A stretch of 60,594 nucleotides of DNA, counting the filler, from Sluysia triapertura (Eukaryota): assembly GCA_046118255.1 (NCBI GenBank). It is 4 parts of 4 records of this genome, joined end to end, with 100 filler letters (N's around TTAATTAATTAA, not from the genome) between each part and the next. Parts side by side here need not be neighbours in the genome. Positions count along the whole stretch, not along the records: positions 28,331 to 47,904 come from JBJNIA010058764.1; positions 48,005 to 60,594 come from JBJNIA010096552.1; 2 more parts are not named here. One strand, 5' to 3'. The position numbers were made by a program, and so were the translations under genes. The notes beneath the pieces were generated by a model, which did no database searches, was not told the origin of the DNA, and worked only from the letters and a program-made list of their open reading frames with translations. Positions 40,626 through 52,476 of the stretch are shown here, piece after piece (the stretch's first letter is position 1; every line of letters starts with the position of its first letter).

Positions 40626-42580
40626 TTGAGAAATATAATAAAAGGAAAAGAAAATCAAAAAACGGAAGAACCAACCAATCTAATTACACAATTATTTGGT
40701 AATAACGGCAACTCATTAAATAATGCAATACCACGAATACAGAATTCAACAAATAATATGTTATTTATTATAATACTGTTAGCTATGTTTGGTTTAAATA
40801 GGACTAATGCGATAAAAGCATTTGATTGCAGCCAACCACAAATAGGAAGGGAATTTTCATTACTAGATAGAAGAAAACCCGGAATCGAGACCTAATCGAA
40901 TACAAATAAAAGATACTAAAATCATGAGTGTTTAACAAGAAGGTAACCTAGTGACAACTATGGTAAAAAGTGTATGGTAAAAGGAAATGTAGCAATTTGG
41001 TATTGTGGCCACCACAGTCATTCATCTATAATTGAATTATCAAATGTATTAAAACCATTTAAGATATTACCTAATCAATGTAGAGATGCATTTAAGTCCG
41101 GCTATATAAGTCTAACTAAGGAAGACTAATTAAAAATCGGAAATAATGAAAAGATAATTTATAATATAAGAACCGCGTGAAATGTATTCATAGACGGAAC
41201 ATGCGAACAAGGGACAATTGAATATGAAGGAAAAATATATATTAATGTTGTCGCACAGGAAACATACGTAATTAGTCTAAAATCATCTAATGAAAGTTTC
41301 AATATGGAAAAAGGTACTATGATGTCCCGATCAGACTGCAGAAGTGATCAAACCAGTTGCGATACTGGAGAATCAATACTAATTTACGAATTGGACAAAA
41401 TTCAATGTCCATTAATATTTCTTAAACAAATAAAATTTAATGTAATATCAGGATTCATGTATCAAGATAAAGTCGAACATCCATTTGAAGAAATAAATAA
41501 GAATACCGACCACATTCAAAGAAAAAGATTGGATGAAGTAGAAACACCGTCAATACTAATGGCCAGCAGCGAAGATGGTCTGACTTTTATCGCCAAAGGA
41601 AAAGTAATTCGATGTGGAAGAGAAATAACAGAAACTAACTATCAAGGAATTTTCCTCTGAAAAAATAATTCAACAATCTAAATAAGGTGTCGATACAAAA
41701 ATATAAAATTAAATGTCTATTTTAACAATAAAATTGATATTCTACTATCACTTAGGTTTAATTTCATTGGAAAAAATCTATCAAATTATGGTTACCCGCG
41801 ATTGCCAATTAAATAAAGAAATATTGCGTACAAAATTAGCAATAGCAATCACAAATCCAGACTTAGTCGCACCATTACTACCATTAGGAGTCTTTGGTCG
41901 ACTAATGGGAGAAGTATTGTACACATATAAATGTAAGAAAGTTGAAGTTCAATTAAGATCAACTATTGAATGCACAAATGAATGCCTATATTGTATGGTA
42001 AAATAGAAACATATCTAGAACCGATAACTAGAGTAATCTACCCGAATAATAAAGTCAAACCGAAATTAATGCACTGCTCAAATGTTATGGTACCAGAATA
42101 CAGAACTGACGATAATTTATGGATATCCTTGCCACATAGGAGTCAAGTAAAAACTCCGGAAATTATAGGATTAACCGAACTAAAAGGTAAACTAAAGTTT
42201 CTAGCAACAAAAAATATACATAATTCTGGCATTTACACAAATGACGATATTCAAGCAGCTTGGCGGGAAATATTGTTCCCAAAAGATCAAAAATATTAAC
42301 AGAAATAGTAGATAAAGCGACAAATAAATTTTGAATTACTATTAGGACCTGACCATTTTAAAAGAGCAGCGCAGGATACATTAAAACACATAGGGGGAAA
42401 CTTTCTAATATTAGGACAGGCATTTTCCGGATTAATATGTATTTATATAATAATTAAAGTAATTGCACTAATATCTCAAGCATTTTAGGTAATAGGAATT
42501 TATAAAATATCGGGATTCACCTGTAAACTATTAATCGGATGCTTTCCATTTTTGGCAAAATATCTATTGCATCATCACGC
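40626..42580 (+). pseudogene. env: Chuvirus-like (class III fusion) envelope glycoprotein, frameshifted
   Basis: Signal peptide MLFIIILLAMFGLNRTNA then AFDC..FSLLD, YCGHHSH, DGTCEQG, CQLNKEILRTKLAIAITNPD..GEVLYTYKCKKVEVQLR..CTNE.PI..YLEPITRVI..CSNVMVPEY, SGIYT, C-terminal hydrophobic segments. Confidence 0.8.
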
Positions 42581-42799
42581 TAATGCGCAGATAAACGCAT
42601 TAAGAAAGGAAAGGCATCAATCGGAAGAAAGACAACAATTAAATATAACTTTACAATCATTACAGAACAACGAAAACGAAGAAATTATAGAAAATCAAAA
42701 AATTTATGGAAGTCAAAAAGTAGAAGACAAAACAGTTAAAGAAAATCAAAGTAAAGGGTTACATCATATTACTCCAACATCACCACCACATGTAATCTA

Positions 42800-43480
42800 T
42801 ATGATATGTGCTAACAATAATTATAATGGATCAAAGAGACCAATGGTTAATGTTAGAGTAAATGGTAGAATAGTAACAGCACTAATCGATATAGGAGCGG
42901 TAGCTTCCTTAATCAATGAAAATTTCTTAAGATGAATTAGAAAACTTAGCTATTCATACTTCTCACTTATCAGGAGTTACAAGTGATGTCATTAATATAA
43001 ATGGAGTGATGAAAGCGACATGCGAGATAGGACCAAATAAATTAGAAATTAAATTAAGAGTTAAGAAAAAATGTCCAGAAGAAATGATAATGGGAATGGA
43101 CATATTGTCTCAATTAAAAGGAGTAACACTAGATTACGACCAAGTTAAATTAATGGATAGTCGATCAAGAATAATAGGTAAACCATATCATATAAATAAG
43201 ACTCCACGTTGTTTGCAATACGCACATAGACCAATGTTGATAGCATTTGCATTAGATACAAAGCGAAACAAAGAAAGTGCAAAATTTGGTGCAAAATATT
43301 GCAGCAAATAGGTATACGAACAAATGTGCATCTAAAGTTGAAAATAAAAATAATCTATCAAATGATATAGTACCTAATGTTATTGCATTAATAAATAGTA
43401 ATTCTTATAATAATATATGCAATTTGAATCATATTGCACGTAATTGATCTTAGATGAAAAATGTGTATTTGCAGTCAATA
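42800..43480 (+). pseudogene. Retropepsin-like aspartic protease plus post-protease domain, downstream of env
   Basis: RPMVNVRVNGRIVTALIDIGAVASLINENF (DTG mutated to DIG) and MIMGMDIL flap-end motif. Confidence 0.8.
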
Positions 43481-44082
43481 AAAATCTGATACTTTTAATG
43501 TTATTTATGATAATCACTACAGTACAATGTAATATATATGATGTACAAATCTATAAAACCGAATATCTTGAATTTCGAAACTATGATACTGAAGTAAGAG
43601 TTAAAGTGTTGCAGAATGATATTCAAGGGAGATTTATGTGCCTTAAACCGGCAAGACTCAATTTTAGTTCATGGAACGCACAAGAATCTTATATTAATAA
43701 CCTGGTGAATCCTATTGCTATATGTACCGATTTCTTGGCTAATGAAGAAGGGCACATTATTGCTAGAATATATGTGGCGCCAGCAAGGTTAGAACAATTG
43801 CATTTCGCCCTAAAAGGAACAAGAAAATATCTATCGTTATCGGAAATGTTAAAAAACGATCCAGCTCTGTTGATACTAATATTAGCAGCAACACTGTTTA
43901 TTATCGCTCTATCAATAGTTATACTAGTAATTATTATGGTTGTGTCAAATAAATGTAGATATCCATGTTCACCTCCAAATAGTGACGATGACGATCGGTA
44001 TACTATTCCACACAGAAATAATTTTGAGCTGCCACCTGGATTTCCATTAGTACCACCTCCTGTCTACGAATATGCAACATAA
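43444..44082 (+). CDS. Type I membrane protein within the retroelement, with a PPxY cytoplasmic tail
   Basis: Signal-like LILLMLFMIITTVQC, ~110 aa ectodomain, TM ALLILILAATLFIIALSIVILVIIMVV, tail ending PPGFPLVPPPVYEYAT*; uninterrupted. Confidence 0.65.
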   Translation: MILDEKCVFAVNKNLILLMLFMIITTVQCNIYDVQIYKTEYLEFRNYDTEVRVKVLQNDIQGRFMCLKPARLNFSSWNAQESYINNLVNPIAICTDFLANEEGHIIARIYVAPARLEQLHFALKGTRKYLSLSEMLKNDPALLILILAATLFIIALSIVILVIIMVVSNKCRYPCSPPNSDDDDRYTIPHRNNFELPPGFPLVPPPVYEYAT

Positions 44083-44115
44083 AATAATTTACCATCAATG
44101 TACGGAGGTTGGAAA

Positions 44116-45105
44116 ATGACAAGTCTGCAATCAATAATGTTAGTATGCATATGTATGACTTGAATAATTAATACAAAATCAATAATTCTGAGACCACGAA
44201 TTACATATAGAGCGCTTCGACAAACAATATATGCAAAAATCACTAATATCTCCATGAGTTGCTTTTTAACTAACTGGTGTAAAAACGGATCTGACATTAG
44301 TAAATATACAAAATATCGGGTAATGCTTTGCAATGATCTTGTAGAAAATCAGTTATTTAATATTTCTCTAGAACTAGAATTTGAATATGAACCAAATCAA
44401 AACTCAAAAGTTGTATCAATACATAATTATAAAATTAGGACAAAACCTTATGTTTTTAATCATTTGTCGGTAACTATTAAATTTCCAATGTTATTGTACA
44501 GGGAAAGTAATAATTTTGTACGCATATCAAATCCTTTAATAGAAAATGCTATATAAATTGGTCACGATGTAAATAGAAAGGACTCACCCAAGAAAAATTT
44601 TGATGAACTATTTGACAAAGAATAACACTATGCATTAATACTTCCAGAAACTAGCATTAATTTATTCTTTGAACCAGAACATAATATTACATTTATTGAG
44701 GTTTGGATTTTACGTTACAATGAAATTCATGATACACTTGGATTTTGGCCAGAATATAGAGTATGCGATTTAAAAGTACCTATTTTGAACAAACCCGATA
44801 TTATTACTAGTGCAACTTTGACTACTACTATCACGACTACTATTTTAAGTACTAAGAATACCACATATAAAGTTAAAAACACAAGCTTCACTACTAATCT
44901 AAGTAAAAATTTAAGTTTACAACATCAAAATTATTCATACGTAAGTTCTATTACTAATTCTGTAGTAAGTCTGCATCAAGCTATATTCATCTACTACGTT
45001 GTAACTTATTCTCTTTTAATTTTATCAATAGAACATGGCATTTTTCAAGTTCATAAGTTTTATCAATTTATTAGGCGTAGGAATCACATTTTTATTAAAG
45101 TATAA
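44116..45105 (+). pseudogene. 330-codon membrane glycoprotein-like ORF with three in-frame stops
   Basis: ATG 44116, ORF 44254 and ORF 44785 are all in one frame; signal-like N-terminus, Thr/Ser-rich stalk with NxT/S sequons, hydrophobic C-terminus. Confidence 0.6.
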
Positions 45106-45363
45106 ACATAAAATATAAATTTTAATATAAGACATAAGTATGAATAGGGGCATCTCCGGTTTTCTGGCCATATGTGATAGCTGTTAACTATCCTTTTTCG
45201 GCCGCAAAAAGGTGATGTTGAATAACTCATATTTTGTTTTATCTCTAGTTTTGGTTAGTTAAGTTAATGTAAAATGTATTTTCATTTTAATGTATTGATA
45301 AACTTAATTCTAATATTTAATTTAGTAAACTTTTGTTATAATTAATTAATATCAACTTATTAT

Positions 45364-45816
45364 ATGTATTTTTCTTTTCAGACTAGTTATGTCTACACAA
45401 CTTCGTTTCACTATGCTCTGACCGTCCCTTGCAAACACAGATTCCACGTTCGCTGCCTTTATTTTCTATTTAACTCCCAACTCCTTTTCCTCTGTCGCAT
45501 TACAATCAAAGAATGCGACATCTACTATCGTAAAATATTTCGAAAATCGTATGACTTTACTCTGGAGTATGTCGGACCCGATTCACATTCTGTTGTAGCA
45601 TATAATGGGCTCCAGGATGATGCAACTATTGATATCTTCCAGCCTCCAATTTCATTAAAACCTAATATTTTGTATAATGGATTTCAGGTACCCAGACCTG
45701 AGTATCCACTGGGTCTGACAAAATCTCAAAAAAGACATTATAGGAGAAGACAGTTAAAACGCTTTTATAAGTTAAATGCTAAATTGTGTAACAACCCCTT
45801 TTTAAAGAAAAAGTAG
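45364..45816 (+). pseudogene. Degenerate RING-H2 finger protein with basic C-terminus
   Basis: VPCKHRFHVRCL...FLCR matches CxHxFHxxC..CPxCR; tail KRHYRRRQLKR; preceded by acceptor-like TTTTCTTTTCAG. Confidence 0.55.
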
Positions 45817-45933
45817 TTTCTCATAAATATTATTATTTTATTATAAACAATTCATCCAAATTAAACGAATTACTTTTATTTATTTTTTTGTTGTAACATT
45901 ATGTTTTATCTCTTTCTTACTATTATTATCAGC

Positions 45934-47160
45934 ATGTCCAGTTTAACATCAACAAGTCAACAACTCCCCGAAGCAAAGATCATTCATCAGATTAAGCCTT
46001 TCTATTTCTCTGTTGATCGTTTTTGTAGAGAAAACCACCCCTGCCTTTTCCCGACTGCAAGCTCAAGAGTGAATTGACTTTCCCTTTCAGCTAATAGCCC
46101 ACATTTATCTTTAAAAGGGTTGCCTGATGCTCCTAATGAATTCGAATCTCTATATGTTGTTGTAGCTCGAGGTGATGTTAGAGTCAGCTTAGTTGTTAAT
46201 GGAGCCCTACTTTTGTTACGCGTCGAAGGAGGTTCTACCTTGTATATCACGGCATTATCAAAGAATTGCTGTGTATCTTGCCCTTCTTTTCGTTCTACCA
46301 CTTGCGCCCTTCCCTTCCTTTTTGCCAAATCCTTATGCCAACGATACTCCTAATCTGGGTAGATGAAATAGTGGTATCTCCTATACACACGTTTCCCCTC
46401 TTTCAGCATATGACGAGGAGCGTTTAGTTTTTATTTCAAATCAATACGCCCTCGATTTCTTCAACAAACTTCATATTCCAGGCCTCGCTTGCACGCCTTA
46501 TAGCAAGCAGTTCCATATTAAACCTCGTTGTAGGATTAAGAAATTCTTTGAGAAATATACAGCAGGTATCGGACACAGATTTGAAGGAGGCTAAGAACAT
46601 CGATGATGTTAAGCCCTTTTTCTTTGGTCACCTACAGGACAAAATTTTGGTGTCCTTGAACCCTCGCTTCATCATTGAATCTCTACAATTTTCAATTTTC
46701 TTCGTGCAAGACAGACACTCAAACTACTATATCCTGTCTGTCCTAAATTTTCATGTAAGGAACTCGAATCCGAGTTGGTTGAACTTCTAGATCTGATTAG
46801 GGTTAAGGATCTAATGTTCATTCCTAATTGTAATAAATCCCCACCTCCACTTTTTCCTGAATCATCTAAAACTCCTACTAAAAAATTTTCTTTTTCTTCT
46901 TGTTCTCTCTTTTTCTGAACCAGCAGTATCTGATGAGATCAGAAAAGCACTACAACCACTCCGACAAACAATGCAAAATCGGTCTCTTCATGCAGATAAT
47001 CAAATTGTAAAAATGGTAAAATATTTCGAGCAGCGTACTCCGATGTGCCCTTCTCCACCTCTTCACCCACCTAAAAGAAAATGGAAAACACCCTCTGTAC
47101 GGCAGCACCAATGAGTTACGTACCACATGCCTCACCCGTGGATCTGGATTCTGAATAACT
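45934..47160 (+). pseudogene. Disrupted unknown ORF(s) before the PPT
   Basis: Raised GC, ATG right after TTATCAG, collinear fragments 46120-46353 and 46548-46790, Pro/basic PPLHPPKRKWK. Confidence 0.35.
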
Positions 47161-47904
47161 ATATCAGATTTGAGGACAAATATTCCCTATGCAGGGAGTA
47201 TTTGTGAGAATGATGAAAATTGACAAATGACAAAAAAAACAAATCTGAATTTTGGCGAATGTGATTTTTGTGATTGTGAGAATAATAATAATAACATTTG
47301 TTTTAATGACTAAATAATAATTTATATAATAAAACAGTTTTATACAATATAATTGTGAATACTGTAAATAAATATTTTTATTAGAAATATTATATATATA
47401 AAAGTATATAAAATATTAATATTATATTAATATCAAAAATTAAAGTTAAATTAATATTAAAAATTAAAAAATGTTAATAAATAAAAATTTTTGTTTTAAT
47501 CAGGAAAAATATTTATTGTTTTGTTTAAATTCAAAGAATGTTCTAATTTCCAAAATGGTGGAATCAAAATTAGTATAAATAGTAAGTAATTTTTTCTTTA
47601 AAATATTAAGCAAAAATAGTTGTTAGATTTGCCAAAACTTCTCTCTGAGAATCTTTCTGAAATTTATTGTTCAATATCCATGGTAAAAGTAATTCTATTT
47701 TAAATCTTACTTAAAATATCATTCTTTTGCAAGACCATAAATTGGTTTGCTTAAATTGAAACTAAACGAAATTAAAAGAGAAATTACTAAGATAATATTA
47801 AGTAATCGTTGAAATCATTATTTTTTATTATATTGTTGGGATTAGTGAAGAATAAGGGTTGATATAAGGGTCAAAACTTAGGATAACAGAATAAGTGGAA
47901 CGTT

Positions 47905-48004
47905 NNNNNNNNNNNNNNNNNNNNNNNNNNNNNNNNNNNNNNNNNNNNTTAATTAATTAANNNNNNNNNNNNNNNNNNNNNNNNNNNNNNNNNNNNNNNN
48001 NNNN
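47905..48004. other. Artificial contig linker
   Basis: N44-TTAATTAATTAA-N44. Confidence 0.97.
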
Positions 48005-48237
48005 CCTTAAGCGCTTTTGAGTACTTTCGCGGTAGATATGAGCGCAATATAAATTAATATATTATTATTATTATTATCTAAAAATAATTAAATATATGTT
48101 TTAATAAAATAATTTGTATCTAAAAATAACCTATACTAAGAATAATATAATTAAGAATATCTTAATATCATTAATTATTTATAAGATTAAAAAAATGTTA
48201 TAAATTGTTAAAAAATTTATAAATTATAAAAAATTAC

Positions 48238-48396
48238 TGGATACAGGGTTAAAGTGACATAGAATAATGATAGTAATTGACTAAAATAAAACAATATTGT
48301 TAGACGGGGCTGTTAGCTCAGTGGGTAGAGCATCAAAATATGCATCGAGAGGATCCGGGTTCGATTCCAGGTCAGTCCATTTTATGAATTCTAACA
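48238..48396 (+). repeat. tRNA-Ala-derived repeat copy 3 (core ~48307-48379)
   Basis: Same TGTTAGAC..TCTAACA core and upstream GATACAG..TAAAGTGACA. Confidence 0.75.
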
Positions 48397-49985
48397 GGTG
48401 CATGATACCGAACTATAAAACCGATTTTACTTAGAATTCTAAGTACAATTTTATTAGTAAACAAAGTTATAGGAAAATCACACAAAATTCATCACACTTC
48501 ATCACGTAAAAACATTTCACATGCACACAGATTATTATTAGTAAACAAATTACTAAACTCATTCGGAAAACAAACATAATCATTGCACATAATTATCATG
48601 AACTACCGCTATTATTATTACAATTCAAATCGTATTAAAAATATATATATAATAATTATTGTCATTATTGTTATATAATATGATTATCAAATAATAACTT
48701 TTATAATAAATTTCATAACTTTTGTAATAAATATCATCATTATCCTAAATTATATAATAATTACGTTGTTGATATTGTTATTATTCCTTTATCCTTATTA
48801 TCAACCTTTTTTTATTTTTTTGTTTTCCCAGTTTATGTATATATTTATTTGTGTTTAGTATCTGTTATAAAATTTGATCTCTTAACAACTCCAAGATTTC
48901 AGTCGAACTGTCTCATATAATATTATCCTCCTCAGTGTCAACTGAAAGAGTCTTCCTTTAATTGTAGAGTTGTCCGTACGAAATCAGAATGACCGAACTT
49001 AAAAATCCACGGTATTCGAAGTAGTTATCCAAATGATTTACTCAACACTTCTAATAATTCAATAATTTGTTCGAAATCTCCGCCACCTCAATTAAAGAAT
49101 CGCTCATCTGGTTTATTTAATGCTAGATCCTTGGTAATGATGAGTGTTACTAATTCATATAGTTCTAACTTAACTTAATACTAATATATCCAATCTGGCA
49201 TATTCAAAAGAATCGTCGAAATCATTAAAATAAGCACGAATGCCATTTTTATATAGTTCATTAATATTATTAATTATGTCTATAGTACGAATTATAGTAC
49301 ACAGACGTATTATTTTAAAAAGTTAGTTGAAATCGAATTCGATATGTTTACAATCTAACCTCTTTATCTGCATATATTGTGGAACAATCTCTGAATTATT
49401 TAGGAATTTAAATGCATCCTTTACCTAAAACCGTATTATCTATCCTAACTCATAAACAAAACCTTATTTGAATTGAATGCGCAAAAATGATTATTTATCT
49501 TTTTATTATTCAAAATTCTTGGAATTAAAAAGAGTTTTTATTTGCAAACTTTGAGTTATATTTAAAATTACCTTTGGTTTATTTAATAGACTTTTCATAA
49601 AATATTGCTACTTTTCTCACCATCTTTAATTTATCTTTATAATCAGCAAAATGTCATCATTTAAATCTATAATAATTAAATCATTAATAATTGTTTTTCG
49701 TCAAAAAGAATCTTTTTGTGTTTAATAAGATCAAAAACAAATTTAATTATTAAAACAATTTTTATTTATAGTTTTAACATCACCTTTTTATTTTATAATG
49801 ATTAAATCTATATAAATTCGGTTTGTTTTCATTCACACTTAACATTAAATTTACCATTTTCCGTTTTAACAATCAACTTAACTAAATGTATATTTTAAAT
49901 TAAAACGTAAATTAAAAAGTAATAGTAAAAAGATTAAAAAATCAATATTATAAATGTAGATATGGTAAAAACTTAGACAACCAAA

Positions 49986-50290
49986 ATGCTAAGTAATTTA
50001 ATGTCAATATCGTTATTATTTACTGCTCTATTTATACCATATAATATGTCTGTCGAATGCTTCACATGTAAAAATTACAATGGAACACCTATACCGGATA
50101 ATTTCATTACCGTCTCTAATCGTGACAGCTGTTGGAAGTGTTTCATTGAATTTCACATTGACAGGATTTATTCTGATATAAAGTGTTGTCACATTCTATA
50201 TAGTCCGATGTCCACAAAATATAGAAAATGTTAGACTTGTATGAAGATATGTTTTAACTGGAGGTTATATTACTAATTGTGTATATACTG
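49986..50290 (+). CDS. Possible small secreted Cys-rich protein (Ly6/three-finger-like start); gene or pseudogene
   Basis: Hydrophobic N-terminus followed by VECFTC..SCWKC; donor GTGAGT at ~50290; frame beyond ~50200 unclear. Confidence 0.3.
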
Positions 50291-52395
50291 TGAGTATATT
50301 TATATTATTCTTTGTTCTATTTTATAGTTTCCTAATAAAAAAGTTTTATCTCGTTGGGTTTAATGTATTATTCTTTAAGCCTAGTTTGTTAGTTTATAAA
50401 TTTAATAGCTTTTAACATTGTTAAAATTAAATGTTAAGTGTTGCTTTTTTGTCAAAAGATTTATGTTTAAATTTAGAAATATAAAATTAAATATTAAAGA
50501 ATATAATTTAATAACTTTTTTAAAGTTTATGCGCCCCACAAAAGTTAACAAATAAATTTTTATACTTGGAATCCGTCACTACAAGTAATCGTATTAAGCT
50601 GAAAAATTTTCACATGCATAGGTTAAAAGTTGCATTTCTTTAGCAATTAAAAATGCAAAATTTCTTAATATTTTTTGAACTTAATATTTTTTGAACAATC
50701 AACAGAGCCTTATTTAATTATTTTTACGCTAGGATAATACTAGCGATAAAATCATGAGTAAATTTTTATTTTTAAAAAATTAAGGAAAATACCTTAATTT
50801 TATAATTAATCCCTAAATTATTTATAATTACGTACAAATAAAAAGGATATTCTAAAACGTAATAATAACCCATCCTTAGTAGAGTCTGATTACAGAAGAT
50901 AAGTGACATAGTGAGAAAAAAATCCTAGAGTATATAGGAATATAAAAAGTCTTCCAAAACAAATCTACTGTTTAGAATTGACAATCGCATTTACAGAAAA
51001 TAGGATTTTTTATTGGAATTTTGTGGATTAGACTCCTTCTCTTACAAGATTCAATTTAAAACAAAACCTTTAGGAGCGTCTTCCATTAGAATACAAACTA
51101 TTGACTATAAGCGAACTCTAATAAACACTTTTAGTACTGAATTATTTTAAATTATATAAAATTGGTAGTTCTTAAACAAAAATGTGATCATAGTGGATCA
51201 CGTTTGTCACTGCATTTTTCTTTCTAAATAATCACTGTAAAGTAATATATTAAAAATTGAAATATTCTGATATAAATAAAACTTAACATTAAATTAATTT
51301 GATTATCTTGAATGAGAAAGTTATAGACGCATTAAATTCAAAAGAAGTTACAATGAGTTTTCCATTTTTATTTCATGAAAATATTTTCAAAATTAATGAG
51401 TACTTTATCGAGCGAAATCCAAGCCGTTTCAGAATGATTCGGAACATTTTAAAGTATAAAAGGTTTTATTATGAAACAGAATATCTACTTTTGTTGATGA
51501 ACAAAAATATTATAAAGAGCATATAATTGCGGTTAAAATCTTATTTTGATTACTCAGCTTTGAATTTAAAAGTTTAAAAGGTTAATTTAAATTGCTTAGA
51601 CGCAACATATTAAAACCTACAATTTATCAAAATAAAAAGTTTTCATGAAAATAAGCATAAAAACGGTATTCATACTTTTTAAAAAGTTGTCATTTAAAAA
51701 GAGTTGAACATGAATTAATGTTCGAATGGTTAAACCTGATTAACAATAAATTTTAAAGTTATTTTACGGGCATAATTAGAAATACTAGATCAAAATACTT
51801 GTTAACAATGTCATTAATAAAAATAAATGTTTAAAATTTATTATTTTAACACATTATAAGCAAGTGATTTTCAAAAATATCATGAATGGCGAAAATTCAT
51901 GATTTTGAGAAAAATCGTTGATATCATTTAAATTCATGTATAACAAAAATATCTAGATATTTAAATAAAGCTTAAATCATATGAACTAAAATCTATGCAT
52001 GTATCCAAATGCATTTTATCATTACTCGCTTTTAAACAATGAGATATTAAAATCTTTTTTTGCTATGGGGATGATAATAGAAAATGCAATTATTTCAAAT
52101 ATCAATATGAAACTAAAAGTATTCATTAATTTTGAATATTATAAACACTTTAAAATTTATAAAAAACTGATTTATTTTATAAAATTTGAACTATATTAGT
52201 TCATAGGTTAAATTAAATTAAATTAATATGTTATATTAAAAATAATAATTACAATGAAAAAATGTTAATATTCATTAATAAATATAAAGGTCATTTTTGC
52301 AAAGTGAAATAATTTAAAATTTTTGCGTTAGTCAAGTGGATTTTAATGTTTGCTACTACTTAATTACAGGAAGCAGTTAATGTGTTAAATATTTC

Positions 52396-52397
<2 letters not shown>

Positions 52398-52437
<40 letters not shown>
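52398..52437. repeat. (AT)n microsatellite just upstream of the nuclease gene
   Basis: Direct observation. Confidence 0.95.
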
Positions 52438-52440
<3 letters not shown>

Positions 52441-52476
52441 GGATTTTAATCTAATTTTAACAGTAAAACTGCAATA

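Larger units (their letters stand above)
40626..47904 (+). mobile_element. 3' half of a Gypsy-like endogenous retrovirus with env and several accessory ORFs, PPT and putative 3' LTR from 47203; gag/RT/IN not seen
   Basis: Collinear + strand ORF remnants; TTTGAGGACAAAT..GCAGGGAGTATT-TGTGAG resembles a Gypsy PPT/LTR junction. Confidence 0.65.

Noticed and set aside
46002-46328. Minus-strand 108-aa ORF
   Set aside because: Likely antisense shadow of the + strand retroelement ORF in GC-richer sequence
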